Source: Deltaproteobacteria bacterium
Lineage (GTDB): Bacteria > Desulfobacterota > Dissulfuribacteria > Dissulfuribacterales > QOAL01
Length of the DNA: 64,000 bases
Assembly: GCA_026991135.1 (NCBI GenBank)
Contig: JALXCD010000067.1
Coordinates: forward strand, 532-64,531
Direction of reading: 5' to 3'
Shown here: one piece after another, positions 49,165 to 58,001 of the stretch
Position numbering within the stretch: the stretch's first letter is position 1
Layout: each line of letters starts with the position of its first letter
Made by a program: the position numbers and the translations under genes
Notes under the pieces: generated by a model
What the model was told of the DNA's origin: nothing
The model's database searches: none
Seen by the model: the letters and a program-made list of their open reading frames with translations, nothing else

Positions 49165-50238
49165 ATGAAAGAGATACTTGAAATATTGAAAGAGGCTGGA
49201 AGCGAGATCGTTCCCTTTAGATGGGAGGATGACGCCTTTTATCTCCTTGACCAGAGAAAGCTTCCCTGGAAGGAGACCTGGCTTTTATGTAAAACCTGGG
49301 AAGATACCTTTTCTGGCATAAAGGACATGGCCGTCCGAGGGGCTCCTGCCATTGGCATAACCGCAGCCTTTGGCATGGTCCTTGGAGCAAGGGAAGTGGA
49401 AAAGAAGGGGGAAGATGCTTTTAGCGAGCTTTTATCCATTGCTAAAAGCCTTAAGGAGGCAAGGCCCACTGCTGTAAATTTAAAGTGGGCAGTTGACAGG
49501 GTCCTTGGGGCCCTTAAAGGTGTTTTCGCGGAAGGGCTATATGAAAGGGCCCTTAAAGAGGCCCTTTCCATCTGGAAGGAGGATTGTAGGGCCAATATCC
49601 TCATGGGGCGTTATGGAGGGAAGCTTTTGCCCCAAGAGGGAGGGGTCCTTACCCATTGTAATGCAGGGGCCCTTGCAACAGGCGGCTATGGCACAGCCCT
49701 TGGAGTGATCAGGGGAGGAATAAGTCTTGGGAAAAAAATAAAAGTATTTTCAGATGAGACAAGGCCCTGGCTTCAAGGCTCAAGGCTTACCTGCTGGGAG
49801 CTTTTAAGGGACGGGATTTCAGTAACATTAAACGTAGATAGCGCTTCAGGCCTTTTGATGAAAAGGGGGCTTATCCAGGCAGCAGTAGTCGGGGCAGACA
49901 GGATTGCAAGTAACGGGGATGTGGCCAATAAGATTGGGACCTACAACGTGGCGGTTCTATGCAAGGAAAATGGGATACCCTTTTATGTGGCAGCCCCTTC
50001 TTCCACCTTTGACAAGGACGCATCCAGCGGGGATGAAATACCCATTGAGGAGAGGGATGAAAGGGAGGTGCTATATTTTTCAGAAAAGAACATGGCCCCC
50101 CAAGGGGTTAAGGCATACAATCCTGTCTTTGATATCACCCCCTCAAGGCTTATAACGGCAATTATCACTGAAAAAGGGGTGCTAGAACCACCCTATGAAA
50201 AGGCCATTTCATCTAAAATCTTTGGAACTTCTCATTAA
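49165..50238 (+). CDS. mtnA: S-methyl-5-thioribose-1-phosphate isomerase (eIF-2B family)
   Basis: 'VRGAPAIGITAAFG', 'THCNAGALATGGYGTALGVIR' and 'VGADRIASNGDVANKIGTY'. Confidence 0.85.
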   Translation: MKEILEILKEAGSEIVPFRWEDDAFYLLDQRKLPWKETWLLCKTWEDTFSGIKDMAVRGAPAIGITAAFGMVLGAREVEKKGEDAFSELLSIAKSLKEARPTAVNLKWAVDRVLGALKGVFAEGLYERALKEALSIWKEDCRANILMGRYGGKLLPQEGGVLTHCNAGALATGGYGTALGVIRGGISLGKKIKVFSDETRPWLQGSRLTCWELLRDGISVTLNVDSASGLLMKRGLIQAAVVGADRIASNGDVANKIGTYNVAVLCKENGIPFYVAAPSSTFDKDASSGDEIPIEERDEREVLYFSEKNMAPQGVKAYNPVFDITPSRLITAIITEKGVLEPPYEKAISSKIFGTSH

Positions 50239-51109
50239 AAATATCTCTGAGACCTTTGATGCCCATACAGTAGCGCTCTTTTTGGCCAGGGGGGAAGAGA
50301 CTTTGGAGCTTTTTGATTTCTGGTCATTCTCAGATGATATTGAAGAAGATACAAATATTTCAAAGGGCCAGGGGCCCATTGGATGGGTATTCAGGGAGAA
50401 AAGGCCCCTTAATATCTCAAGGTTTAGAGAAGGAGAAAGGCTTCTTGGAATTTACAAGAAAAGGCCTGGGATAAAGGCCCTTTTGGCAGTGCCTTTGCCA
50501 GAAGGCCAAGGGGTCCTCATGGTGGACAGCAAGACAAGACTTGCCTTTTCAAAAAAGCAAGAAAAGATACTCTTAAATTTTTCAAGGACTATCTCTCATC
50601 TCCTTGCCCTTGAAAAGGCTATTTCCATACAGCCTGTTTTTAAAGCAATAATTAAGTGGCAATCCATGAAATTTAGTGCCTATGAGGATAATCTTCTTTC
50701 CTTTATGTCAATCTTTTCCTTTGAGCACTGCTTTATCTGCAGGCATATACCTGATCGTCAATTTTTCATGGTAAAAGGTGTGATTTCAAGTGACGAAAAT
50801 GAATATCTTCGATTCTTGAGGGACAGGAGATTTGAGGTTGGAGCAGGGATGGCAGGCTGGATTTTTAAGGAACAGTCTGATTTTTTGAAGGTTCATGGAA
50901 AAAAAGGGCCACGGGGTTTTCTATTTGAAAAGGATGAAGATATACCCTTTAAAGACAACATTCTTGGGTTTTTTTATCCTCCTAAAGAAAATGCCATTTC
51001 GGTGGAACATGTCCTTTTATTTTCAGGCCCAACAGTTACCTATTCCTTCCCCAGAGATGTAATTCTTGAGATAAAAAGGGGGCTTTCAAGGGGGGCACCA
51101 TGGGAATAG
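50195..51109 (+). CDS. GAF-domain protein (probably two GAF-like modules)
   Basis: 'GPIGWVFREKRPL' ... 'ALLAVPLPEGQGVLMVDS' is GAF-like. A second, similar half carries 'GMAGWIFKEQ'. It overlaps the mreB start by 10 nt; the start is uncertain (ATG 50195 or TTG about 50222). Confidence 0.55.
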   Translation: MKRPFHLKSLELLIKNISETFDAHTVALFLARGEETLELFDFWSFSDDIEEDTNISKGQGPIGWVFREKRPLNISRFREGERLLGIYKKRPGIKALLAVPLPEGQGVLMVDSKTRLAFSKKQEKILLNFSRTISHLLALEKAISIQPVFKAIIKWQSMKFSAYEDNLLSFMSIFSFEHCFICRHIPDRQFFMVKGVISSDENEYLRFLRDRRFEVGAGMAGWIFKEQSDFLKVHGKKGPRGFLFEKDEDIPFKDNILGFFYPPKENAISVEHVLLFSGPTVTYSFPRDVILEIKRGLSRGAPWE

Positions 51110-52146
51110 GGGAGACAAGTTCTTTTGGCCGTCTTAAGAACCGAATAAAGCAGGATGTAGCCATTGATCTTGGCACAGCTAATACCCTTGTTTTCTTGGA
51201 GGGAAGGGGAATAGTCCTTTCAGAGCCAACTGTGCTTGCCCTGGATGAATTTGGAAGGCCCTTTGCCCTTGGAGAAAAGGCTAAGGGTTTTCTTGGAAAG
51301 ACACCTCCAAATATAATAGTAAAAAGGCCCATGAAAGGCGGAGTAATTGAAGATCTTGATGCGGTTTCCACTTTTTTAAGAAGCATTGTGGAGTTATCCA
51401 GAGAACATCGTCCCTTTTTGTCCTCAAGGGTTGTAATTTGTATTCCATCAAGGCTTACCCAGATTGAGAAAAAAGCGGTTCTCGATGCTGCAAAGGAGGC
51501 CGGATTTAAAAAGGTTTTCTTGATTGAAGAGGCAATGGCAGCTGCCATTGGCGCAGGTCTTGATATCTCAAGGAAGAGGCCCTTTATGGTGGTGGACATT
51601 GGGGGTGGAACCACCGAGGTAGCGGTAATAAGCCAGATGGCGTATCTTTACTCTGACTCAAAAAGGCTAGGTGGCGATGACGTGGATGAAGCCATCTCAA
51701 GGTGGCTTTTAAGAAACGAGGGGCTTAAGGTTGGGCCGGTAAGTTGTGAAAGGCTCAAGTGGGAGATCGCTTCGGTTTGGCCAGAAGATTTTGAGGAAAT
51801 TCCTAGTGTTGATGTTGCGGGGATAGACGTGAAGGGACTTTCTCCTGTAAAAAGAAAGATCGGGCCAGGAGATATTTACAAGGCAATAATTCCCATCTTT
51901 GAAGAAATCTGCGATTCATTTTTAGAAGCCATAAAAAATATCCCTGAAAGTGCTAGGACTGAGATCGAAAGGAAAGGAATAACCTTGACGGGCGGAACCG
52001 GCCTATTAAAGGGAGCCAGGAAGTTTTTGGAAAAAAGACTTTCTGTACCTGTTAAGTTGACGGTCAACCCCCTTGAAACCATTGTTCTAGGGGCAGGAAA
52101 GACCCTTTCAGACCTTAAATACTACAAGAACGTCTTCATTAATTGA
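51100..52146 (+). CDS. mreB: rod-shape-determining actin homologue MreB
   Basis: 'VAIDLGTANTLVF', 'PMKGGVIED', 'VVDIGGGTTEVAVIS' and 'ITLTGGTGLLKG'. Confidence 0.9.
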   Translation: MGIGETSSFGRLKNRIKQDVAIDLGTANTLVFLEGRGIVLSEPTVLALDEFGRPFALGEKAKGFLGKTPPNIIVKRPMKGGVIEDLDAVSTFLRSIVELSREHRPFLSSRVVICIPSRLTQIEKKAVLDAAKEAGFKKVFLIEEAMAAAIGAGLDISRKRPFMVVDIGGGTTEVAVISQMAYLYSDSKRLGGDDVDEAISRWLLRNEGLKVGPVSCERLKWEIASVWPEDFEEIPSVDVAGIDVKGLSPVKRKIGPGDIYKAIIPIFEEICDSFLEAIKNIPESARTEIERKGITLTGGTGLLKGARKFLEKRLSVPVKLTVNPLETIVLGAGKTLSDLKYYKNVFIN

Positions 52147-52161
52147 TTTTAAGGGTATGTT

Positions 52162-53112
52162 ATGACAAAGGAGCCATATCTTTCAGTAATTATTCCCATT
52201 TATAACGAGGTTGAAAACATAGAGGAGCTTTTAAAAAGGGTCTTTGAGGTCCTTAAGGGCATGGGTGTAAGTTTTGAGGTGATAGCAGTTGATGACGGAA
52301 GCAGTGATGGAAGCACAGAGCTTTTAAAGGGACTAAAGGCAAATTTCAATGAATTAAGGGTGGTGATCTTTAGGAGAAATTTCGGGCAAAGCGCTGCCAT
52401 GACCGCAGGCTTTGACCTTTCCAGGGGAAAGATAGTTGTTACCATGGATGGTGACCTTCAAAATGACCCAAAGGACATACCAAGGCTCGTTAAGGCAATA
52501 GAAGACGGTTATGATGTGGTTACAGGTTGGAGAAAGGACAGGAAGGATGCATTCCTTTCGCGCCTTTTGCCTTCAAGGGTTGCCAACTGGATAATAGGAA
52601 AGGCAACCGGAGTAAGACTCCATGACTATGGCTGTTCCCTTAAGGCATACAGGCAGGAGGTAGCCAAGAATCTTCTTCTATATGGAGACCTCCACAGGTT
52701 CATACCTGTTTTGGCTGAGCTTCAAGGGGCACGGATCAAAGAGGTGGTGGTTACCCACCATCCAAGGACAAGGGGAAAGAGCAAATATGGGATTGGAAGG
52801 ACGTACAGGGTACTTCTAGACCTCATTCTCATGCTCTTTTTTCAAAAGTTTGCCACGCGTCCCCTACAGTTTTTTGGCCTGACTGGTGGAATCATGCTTT
52901 TTTTCGGGTTTTTTATCGAAATTTATCTCACCTATGTAAAGCTTTTCCTGGGAAAGGATATTGGCAATCGCCCCCTCCTTCTTTTGGGCTTACTACTTTT
53001 TCTTTCAGGTCTTATTCTCTTTGGTATAGGGCTTTTGGCTGAGCTCATCATCAGGACCTATTATGAGGCAAGTGGCAAAAGGATCTATGCCATAAGGGAG
53101 ATAGTTGAATAG
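52162..53112 (+). CDS. GT2 polyprenol-phosphate glycosyltransferase (ArnC/GtrB/DPM1-like)
   Basis: 'LSVIIPIYNE', 'IAVDDGSSDGS' and 'VTMDGDLQNDP', plus two C-terminal TM helices. Confidence 0.85.
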   Translation: MTKEPYLSVIIPIYNEVENIEELLKRVFEVLKGMGVSFEVIAVDDGSSDGSTELLKGLKANFNELRVVIFRRNFGQSAAMTAGFDLSRGKIVVTMDGDLQNDPKDIPRLVKAIEDGYDVVTGWRKDRKDAFLSRLLPSRVANWIIGKATGVRLHDYGCSLKAYRQEVAKNLLLYGDLHRFIPVLAELQGARIKEVVVTHHPRTRGKSKYGIGRTYRVLLDLILMLFFQKFATRPLQFFGLTGGIMLFFGFFIEIYLTYVKLFLGKDIGNRPLLLLGLLLFLSGLILFGIGLLAELIIRTYYEASGKRIYAIREIVE

Positions 53113-53118
53113 ACCCCC

Positions 53119-54102
53119 TTGAATAAAATGAAAGGGTTAAGGGGCATAGCAAGGTTTTCCATAAGGGCTGTTGTCAGCGCCCTTTTGCTAATATGGCTTT
53201 TTTCAAGGATAGATGCAAAAAGGGTCCTTCACTCCTTCTCCCTGATACCTTTCGAGGCGTGGGCCCTTGCCTTTTTTCTCTATATCTCATCCCAGGTGAT
53301 AAGCTCACTCAGATGGTATGTAATCGTAAAAACTTTAGGGTTTAAAAGGTCTTTTCTTACGATTTTAAAATACTATTTTGTAGGCATGTATTTTAACCTC
53401 TTTCTCCCAACTGCCATTGGAGGCGATGTTTTAAAGGTATTTTTTCTTGCAAGAGGTGGGGAAAGTAAGCTCAGAGCAGGGTATTCTATCTTTTCCGACA
53501 GGGTCTTTGGCTTCTGGGCCATGTTTATTCTTGGCGGAATAACCTGTCTCATACACCCAGGCCTATTGCCTGGAAAGTGGCAATTTCTCTTGGTTGCCAT
53601 ATTTTTTTCAAGTACGTTTTTGGCAATCTTTGCACCTGTCTTAAGGCGCATTCTTAAGGTCCTTTCACGGGGCCTTGTCAAAAAGAGCGAACTTTTTAAG
53701 GCCATTTTTGAAAAAATAGAGGCCCTTTTAATTTTCTGGAAACATCCGGCCATACTTTTTAAGGCCCTTTTTCTTTCCATAACACTTCAGCTTTGCGGCA
53801 TGTATGGGGCCTATCTTTTGGGAAAGGGGCTTTTGATTCCCCTTGATTTTGATTATTACCTGGCTGTAATCCCCCTTATTTCTGTTCTGACCATTATTCC
53901 CATAAGCGTAAGTGGCATTGGCCTAAGGGAGGGCGGTTTTGCCTTTTTTTTTGGAATAAGGAATGTTCCAATGGAAAAGGCAATAACATTGAGCCTGGGA
54001 GTCTTTGCAATTCAGGCGCTATCAGCACTTTTGGGTGGAATATTTTATATCCTCGGCGCTCACAAAGAGGTGGAAAAAGGTGAAAAGGCCCTTAAAAAAT
54101 AG
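53119..54102 (+). CDS. flippase-like / LPG-synthase-TM (UPF0104) family membrane protein
   Basis: 'YFVGMYFNLFLPTAIGGDVLKVFFL' is the family signature. 8 TM helices. Confidence 0.7.
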   Translation: MNKMKGLRGIARFSIRAVVSALLLIWLFSRIDAKRVLHSFSLIPFEAWALAFFLYISSQVISSLRWYVIVKTLGFKRSFLTILKYYFVGMYFNLFLPTAIGGDVLKVFFLARGGESKLRAGYSIFSDRVFGFWAMFILGGITCLIHPGLLPGKWQFLLVAIFFSSTFLAIFAPVLRRILKVLSRGLVKKSELFKAIFEKIEALLIFWKHPAILFKALFLSITLQLCGMYGAYLLGKGLLIPLDFDYYLAVIPLISVLTIIPISVSGIGLREGGFAFFFGIRNVPMEKAITLSLGVFAIQALSALLGGIFYILGAHKEVEKGEKALKK

Positions 54103-55654
54103 CTATGAAGCGTGGTTCTGGGTCCTTTTTGCAGCCCTTGTGGCAATAAGGTTTTCCTTTCTTTTCCTTGCCCCCTTGGAGCTTTCTCCAGATGAGGCCT
54201 ATTACTGGGACTGGTCAAGGAGGCTTTCCTGGGGCTATTACAGCAAGCCCCCAATGGTTGCCTGGCTGATCGGCCTTTCAACAAAGCTTTTGGGGGCAAA
54301 TGAAATGGCTGTTAGGCTTCCTGCAGTTATCCTTGGGCTTGGAACCGTCCTTGCAATATATCTATTTTTTAAAAAAGAGGTTGGCGAAAGGGCAGGCCTT
54401 TGGGGTGCCCTTATCTATTCTTCAACCATAGGTTCAGCAGTTTCAGGCTATATTATGACCATAGATGCCCCACTTCTCTTTTTCTGGACCCTTGCCCTTA
54501 TGACCATCTGGATTTCTCTAAAAAGGGCCGTAAAAGGCCACGGAGAAGATTATGCCCTTTGGCTTTTTTCCGGAGCCTTTGTAGGTCTAGCACTTCTAAG
54601 CAAGCAGACTGCCATTTTCCTTCCCCTGGCAACGCTTCTTTTTCTCATGGTCCTTTTCCCCCAAAGGAATCTTTTTAAAAAAAAGGGCATTTATCTTTTC
54701 CTCTTGGTCCAGCTTTTACTTTTACTTCCCTTTTTATATTGGAACTATCAGCACAACTGGATAACCTTTGCTCATACTGCCCATCACTTTAAGGGCCTTG
54801 AAGAAAAGGGTCCCCTCTTAAACCTTAAAACCCTTTTTGAGTTTCTTGGAGGTGAGGCAGGGTTAATAACCCCTGTAACATTTTTTTGTCTTTTGGCCTG
54901 CTCCCTTTGCTTTTTTTTCTGGGCAATCAGAACCTTTAAGGGCAAAGGGGATCGTAATGAAAGAGATTATTTTATCTTGTTTCTCCTTTTGACCGGGTTT
55001 TTGCCCCTTTTGGCCTGCCTTTTTTTAAGCCTCAAACAGAGGGTTAATGCAAACTGGCCAGCCCCCTTTTATATCTCTCTTTGCATACTTTTGGGCCTTT
55101 GGGTGGAAAGAGATGAGATTTGTAGCCTTGGCCTTTTAAGGAAAATAAAGGAAAAGGTCCTGCCAGCAGGTGTTATCATTGGGGCCATTTTGGTCCTTTT
55201 TGTCTATTTTTCGCCCTTTTTTTTGGCCAAACTCGGTCTTTTGGGAAGGCCCTTTGACCCAACTGTCCGATTAAGGGGCTGGAAGGAGCTAGCAATAAAG
55301 GTTGAGGAAGTTTTTAATAGGTTACCTTTCCGCCAAAGGACTATACTTATAACGAGGAGGCGGCAGACAGCAAGCGAGCTCACTTTTTATATCAGATGGC
55401 ATCCAACCGTCTATAGGTGGAATGGCCTGCGGAGTGAAGTAAAAAGCCAGTATGAGCTTTGGCCACAGCCTGAGACAAAAAAAGGGCTAAATGCGCTACT
55501 TGTATTTGATGCAGATAAGGGCCTAAACGGGATAGAAAGGTGCTTTAAGGAGCTTAGGCCCTTAGGGACCATCAATATCCCCCTTGGTAATCAAAGGTTT
55601 AGGAAGTTCAAGGTGTTTTGGGGAAAGGGACTTTACAGATGGAAGGGAGACTAG
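54080..55654 (+). CDS. ArnT/PMT-like glycosyltransferase (GT39/GT83)
   Basis: 'SPDEAYYWDWSRRLSWGYYSKPPMVAWL' is a typical first-loop DE/YY motif. The ORF opens at 54005; I prefer the GTG at 54080, which follows GAGGTGG. Confidence 0.8.
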   Translation: MKRPLKNSYEAWFWVLFAALVAIRFSFLFLAPLELSPDEAYYWDWSRRLSWGYYSKPPMVAWLIGLSTKLLGANEMAVRLPAVILGLGTVLAIYLFFKKEVGERAGLWGALIYSSTIGSAVSGYIMTIDAPLLFFWTLALMTIWISLKRAVKGHGEDYALWLFSGAFVGLALLSKQTAIFLPLATLLFLMVLFPQRNLFKKKGIYLFLLVQLLLLLPFLYWNYQHNWITFAHTAHHFKGLEEKGPLLNLKTLFEFLGGEAGLITPVTFFCLLACSLCFFFWAIRTFKGKGDRNERDYFILFLLLTGFLPLLACLFLSLKQRVNANWPAPFYISLCILLGLWVERDEICSLGLLRKIKEKVLPAGVIIGAILVLFVYFSPFFLAKLGLLGRPFDPTVRLRGWKELAIKVEEVFNRLPFRQRTILITRRRQTASELTFYIRWHPTVYRWNGLRSEVKSQYELWPQPETKKGLNALLVFDADKGLNGIERCFKELRPLGTINIPLGNQRFRKFKVFWGKGLYRWKGD

Positions 55655-55657
55655 GGC

Positions 55658-56260
55658 TTGGTTGACTGGATTTTTCAACTGGATAAGGCCCTTTTTTTCA
55701 TGATAAACAGGGCCCATTTTCCATTTTTAAACACCGTAATGATAAAGGTCTCTGATTTTTCCTTCTGGGTCCCCATTATAGCCCTTTTTATAGTCTATAG
55801 ACTCGTAAGGGGAACTAATCGCGAAAGGCTCATGTGGCTTTTGGGTATTTTTCTTGTAGTTACAAGTGATGCCCTTTGTGCAAGGCTCCTTAAGCCCCTT
55901 TTTGGAAGGATAAGGCCCTATGAGGCCCTTGACGGGGTTTATCTTTTTAAGCATTCAAAATGGATAATTACAGATCCCCATTTCAGAAAGGCAATAGCCG
56001 GCACCCTTTCATGGCCCTCGTGCCATGCCACCAACTGCTGGTCAGTCACATTCTATCTTTTGGGAACAAAAAGGCTCCTTGGCCTCTTTTTCGCCCCTAT
56101 TGCCCTTCTGGTCAGCTATTCAAGGATATATCTAGGGGTTCACTATCCCCTTGATTGCCTTGGAGGAGTTTTAGTAGGGGCCATTTGGGGAGGAGTCTTT
56201 GTTATTGTTTATAGAATTATTCTATCAAATCTTGATAAAAGATATTCGGATCTTTTCTAA
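55658..56260 (+). CDS. PAP2 family lipid phosphatase
   Basis: KX6RP ('KPLFGRIRPY'), 'PSCH' and 'SRIYLGVHYPLD' motifs. TTG start. Confidence 0.8.
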   Translation: MVDWIFQLDKALFFMINRAHFPFLNTVMIKVSDFSFWVPIIALFIVYRLVRGTNRERLMWLLGIFLVVTSDALCARLLKPLFGRIRPYEALDGVYLFKHSKWIITDPHFRKAIAGTLSWPSCHATNCWSVTFYLLGTKRLLGLFFAPIALLVSYSRIYLGVHYPLDCLGGVLVGAIWGGVFVIVYRIILSNLDKRYSDLF

Positions 56261-56458
56261 AAAGACAAACCAAAGCCCCACTCAATTTTTGTAGAATTTT
56301 TTGTCATTAAAGGCCCTTTAAAAATGTATGAGAAACGGCCTTAAAAACTTTGCCACCTTTAAAGAGGTGAAAACATGTTTTTAAAAAATCATCGAATTTT
56401 GTTACCCTTATCTCAGAAAAAAGGACCTACCTTCTACCATGTCCAAAATGCCAGGCCT

Positions 56459-57112
56459 TTAAAGATGGGTTTCAGCTTCTTTTGCCATTTGTTTTAAAAC
56501 TTGGATTACTTCCGGCTTTTCTTTCAATTCAGGATAGTCTTCTAATGTTGTTGCTGCCTTGAGATAAAGATCAAAATCCTGACCAAGAAATTTTTTTCTA
56601 AAACCCCTTCTTGCCATATCAAAATCGTAATGGAATTTTCCCCAGAGAAAGGCAAGATCATACGGGTCTTTCCAAAGAACTCGTCGTCCGCAAGCATATA
56701 TCTTGTTTAAAAAAAGATCATAATCGCTGAAGGTGACAATACCGTAAACATCTTCCGTGTCGTTTATTGGTTTGAAAGGAAACGATATAAATGACACCTT
56801 TATTTCCTGGATGAATACATCGAGATTGTCGGCTCCAGGTTGTTGGATGAAACCTTCGATATCAAAATTCTTTTGTATCTTCCCAAGAATTGAGGTAAAT
56901 GTCCTGTCTTCGTTAAAAAAGAAATCTAAATCTAGGCTTTCCCTATGGTTGTGGCGAAACATGATGGCAGTTCCGCTGCCAAGGACAAAGGAAGGAAAAA
57001 TTCTTTGTATTTCATGTGCCAGGTGAAACAGTTTTTTCTGCCGGGTTTTTGGACACAAGGGATTTTCTCCATTCCTTAACTGCTGCCCTACAACCTCGAA
57101 AGACATCGTCAT
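56459..57112 (-). CDS. AbiEii/AbiGii-type nucleotidyltransferase (type IV TA toxin family)
   Basis: 'LGSGTAIMFRHNHRESLDLDFFF' matches the GGTAL..HR.S.D.DFF NTase signature. 217 aa. Confidence 0.6.
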   Translation of the reverse strand: MTMSFEVVGQQLRNGENPLCPKTRQKKLFHLAHEIQRIFPSFVLGSGTAIMFRHNHRESLDLDFFFNEDRTFTSILGKIQKNFDIEGFIQQPGADNLDVFIQEIKVSFISFPFKPINDTEDVYGIVTFSDYDLFLNKIYACGRRVLWKDPYDLAFLWGKFHYDFDMARRGFRKKFLGQDFDLYLKAATTLEDYPELKEKPEVIQVLKQMAKEAETHL

Positions 57113-57329
57113 AGGTATTAATCACATGGCTGCAGACATCAGGCCAGAGTTCAAATGCAAGTCGAAGAGCCTTGTAGTTTGTTGAGTCACACATAATTCT
57201 ATGAACTAAAACTTCCAGCATGATCTTATTGTCAACGGCATCCCATGCCCATTTTTTTAATTCAGCCGGGACAGAAACTATCTGGGTGAATTTCGGCCTG
57301 ATTCGTTTAACGGTGCCTTTGACGTGCAT
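57012..57329 (-). CDS. hypothetical protein upstream of and overlapping the NTase (possible cognate antitoxin)
   Basis: 105-aa ORF whose last 101 nt overlap the NTase ORF in another frame. No SD seen. No family recognised. Confidence 0.35.
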   Translation of the reverse strand: MHVKGTVKRIRPKFTQIVSVPAELKKWAWDAVDNKIMLEVLVHRIMCDSTNYKALRLAFELWPDVCSHVINTYDDVFRGCRAAVKEWRKSLVSKNPAEKTVSPGT

Positions 57330-57413
57330 AACTTATTTTAACACGTTATGATGTCTCTGAAAAAGTAATTATTCTTTAGAGAAAAAGGGAGTCTAGGCTT
57401 TTATCGTCCTCTG

Positions 57414-57456
57414 GGGAAGGAACTTTGAAGGGTTCATTTTTATATGCCTCCAGCAT
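57414..57456 (-). repeat. decayed duplicate of the WYL-stop/DUF2779-start junction
   Basis: 57433-57456 (TTCATTTTTATATGCCTCCAGCAT) equals 60567-60591 apart from one missing C. Similarity is weaker on the flanks. On the minus strand it reads ..EMLEAYKN and ATG-AAC-CCT-TCA-AAG (MNPSK..), against ..EKMLEAYEK* and MNLSK.. in the intact copy. Confidence 0.7.
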
Positions 57457-57728
57457 CTCTTACGGATTGCAGACCTGGTTCCTTAAAAAACATGAACTTG
57501 CTCGCATTAGTCCAAAAGCTTAAGGATCGACTCTGGCATCAATGGGCCTTACACACTCTGGCGAGTAATTGGTGGGCTGTTTACCAAAAGGCTAACCGGC
57601 CAGGCGGTCATCTTGTCTGAAGGTATGGGGCCAAGAAGTGCAACAAGTTCCCTGTCTGGCGTCTTTCTTAAAAGCCATTTTTCATAGCAAGATTTTTTAA
57701 GGGATAACTGGCATATCTTTCCTGTTTT

Positions 57729-58001
57729 TCAGTATCTGGATAATTTTTTGTAAATATCCCGCCTGTGGCCAACCTTTACAATCCAGACAACAAGCTTCCT
57801 ATCCTTTATTGAGTATATTATTCGATAATTGCCTTGACGGATTCTGTATCTTTCTTGCCCTGAGAGCTTTTCACATCCAGGTGGCCGAGGATCATTTGCA
57901 AGGGATTTGATCCGCTTGATGATCTTCTTTAAATCCTTATCAGGGATCTTGTCCAGGTCCTTAAGAACGGATTTCTTTAAAAATATTTTATAGGCGGCCA
58001 T
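57729..58001 (-). CDS. RelE/ParE family type II toxin
   Basis: 'YRIRQGNYRIIYSIKDRKLVVWIVKVGHRRDIY' is the typical RelE/ParE core. 90 aa. Confidence 0.85.
   Translation of the reverse strand: MAAYKIFLKKSVLKDLDKIPDKDLKKIIKRIKSLANDPRPPGCEKLSGQERYRIRQGNYRIIYSIKDRKLVVWIVKVGHRRDIYKKLSRY

Noticed and set aside
51036-51614. 192-aa minus-strand ORF inside mreB
   Set aside because: It is antisense to an unambiguous MreB coding frame. Its composition (Ser/Pro/Ala/Phe-rich) is typical of a shadow ORF.
57492-57620. 42-codon plus-strand ORF (MNLLALVQKLKDRLWHQWALHTLASNWW...) in the gap between the AbiE-like module and the RelE gene
   Set aside because: It has no SD, is short, and lies in a region that looks like decayed WYL-gene remnant on the other strand. 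I treat it as noise or a gene fragment.
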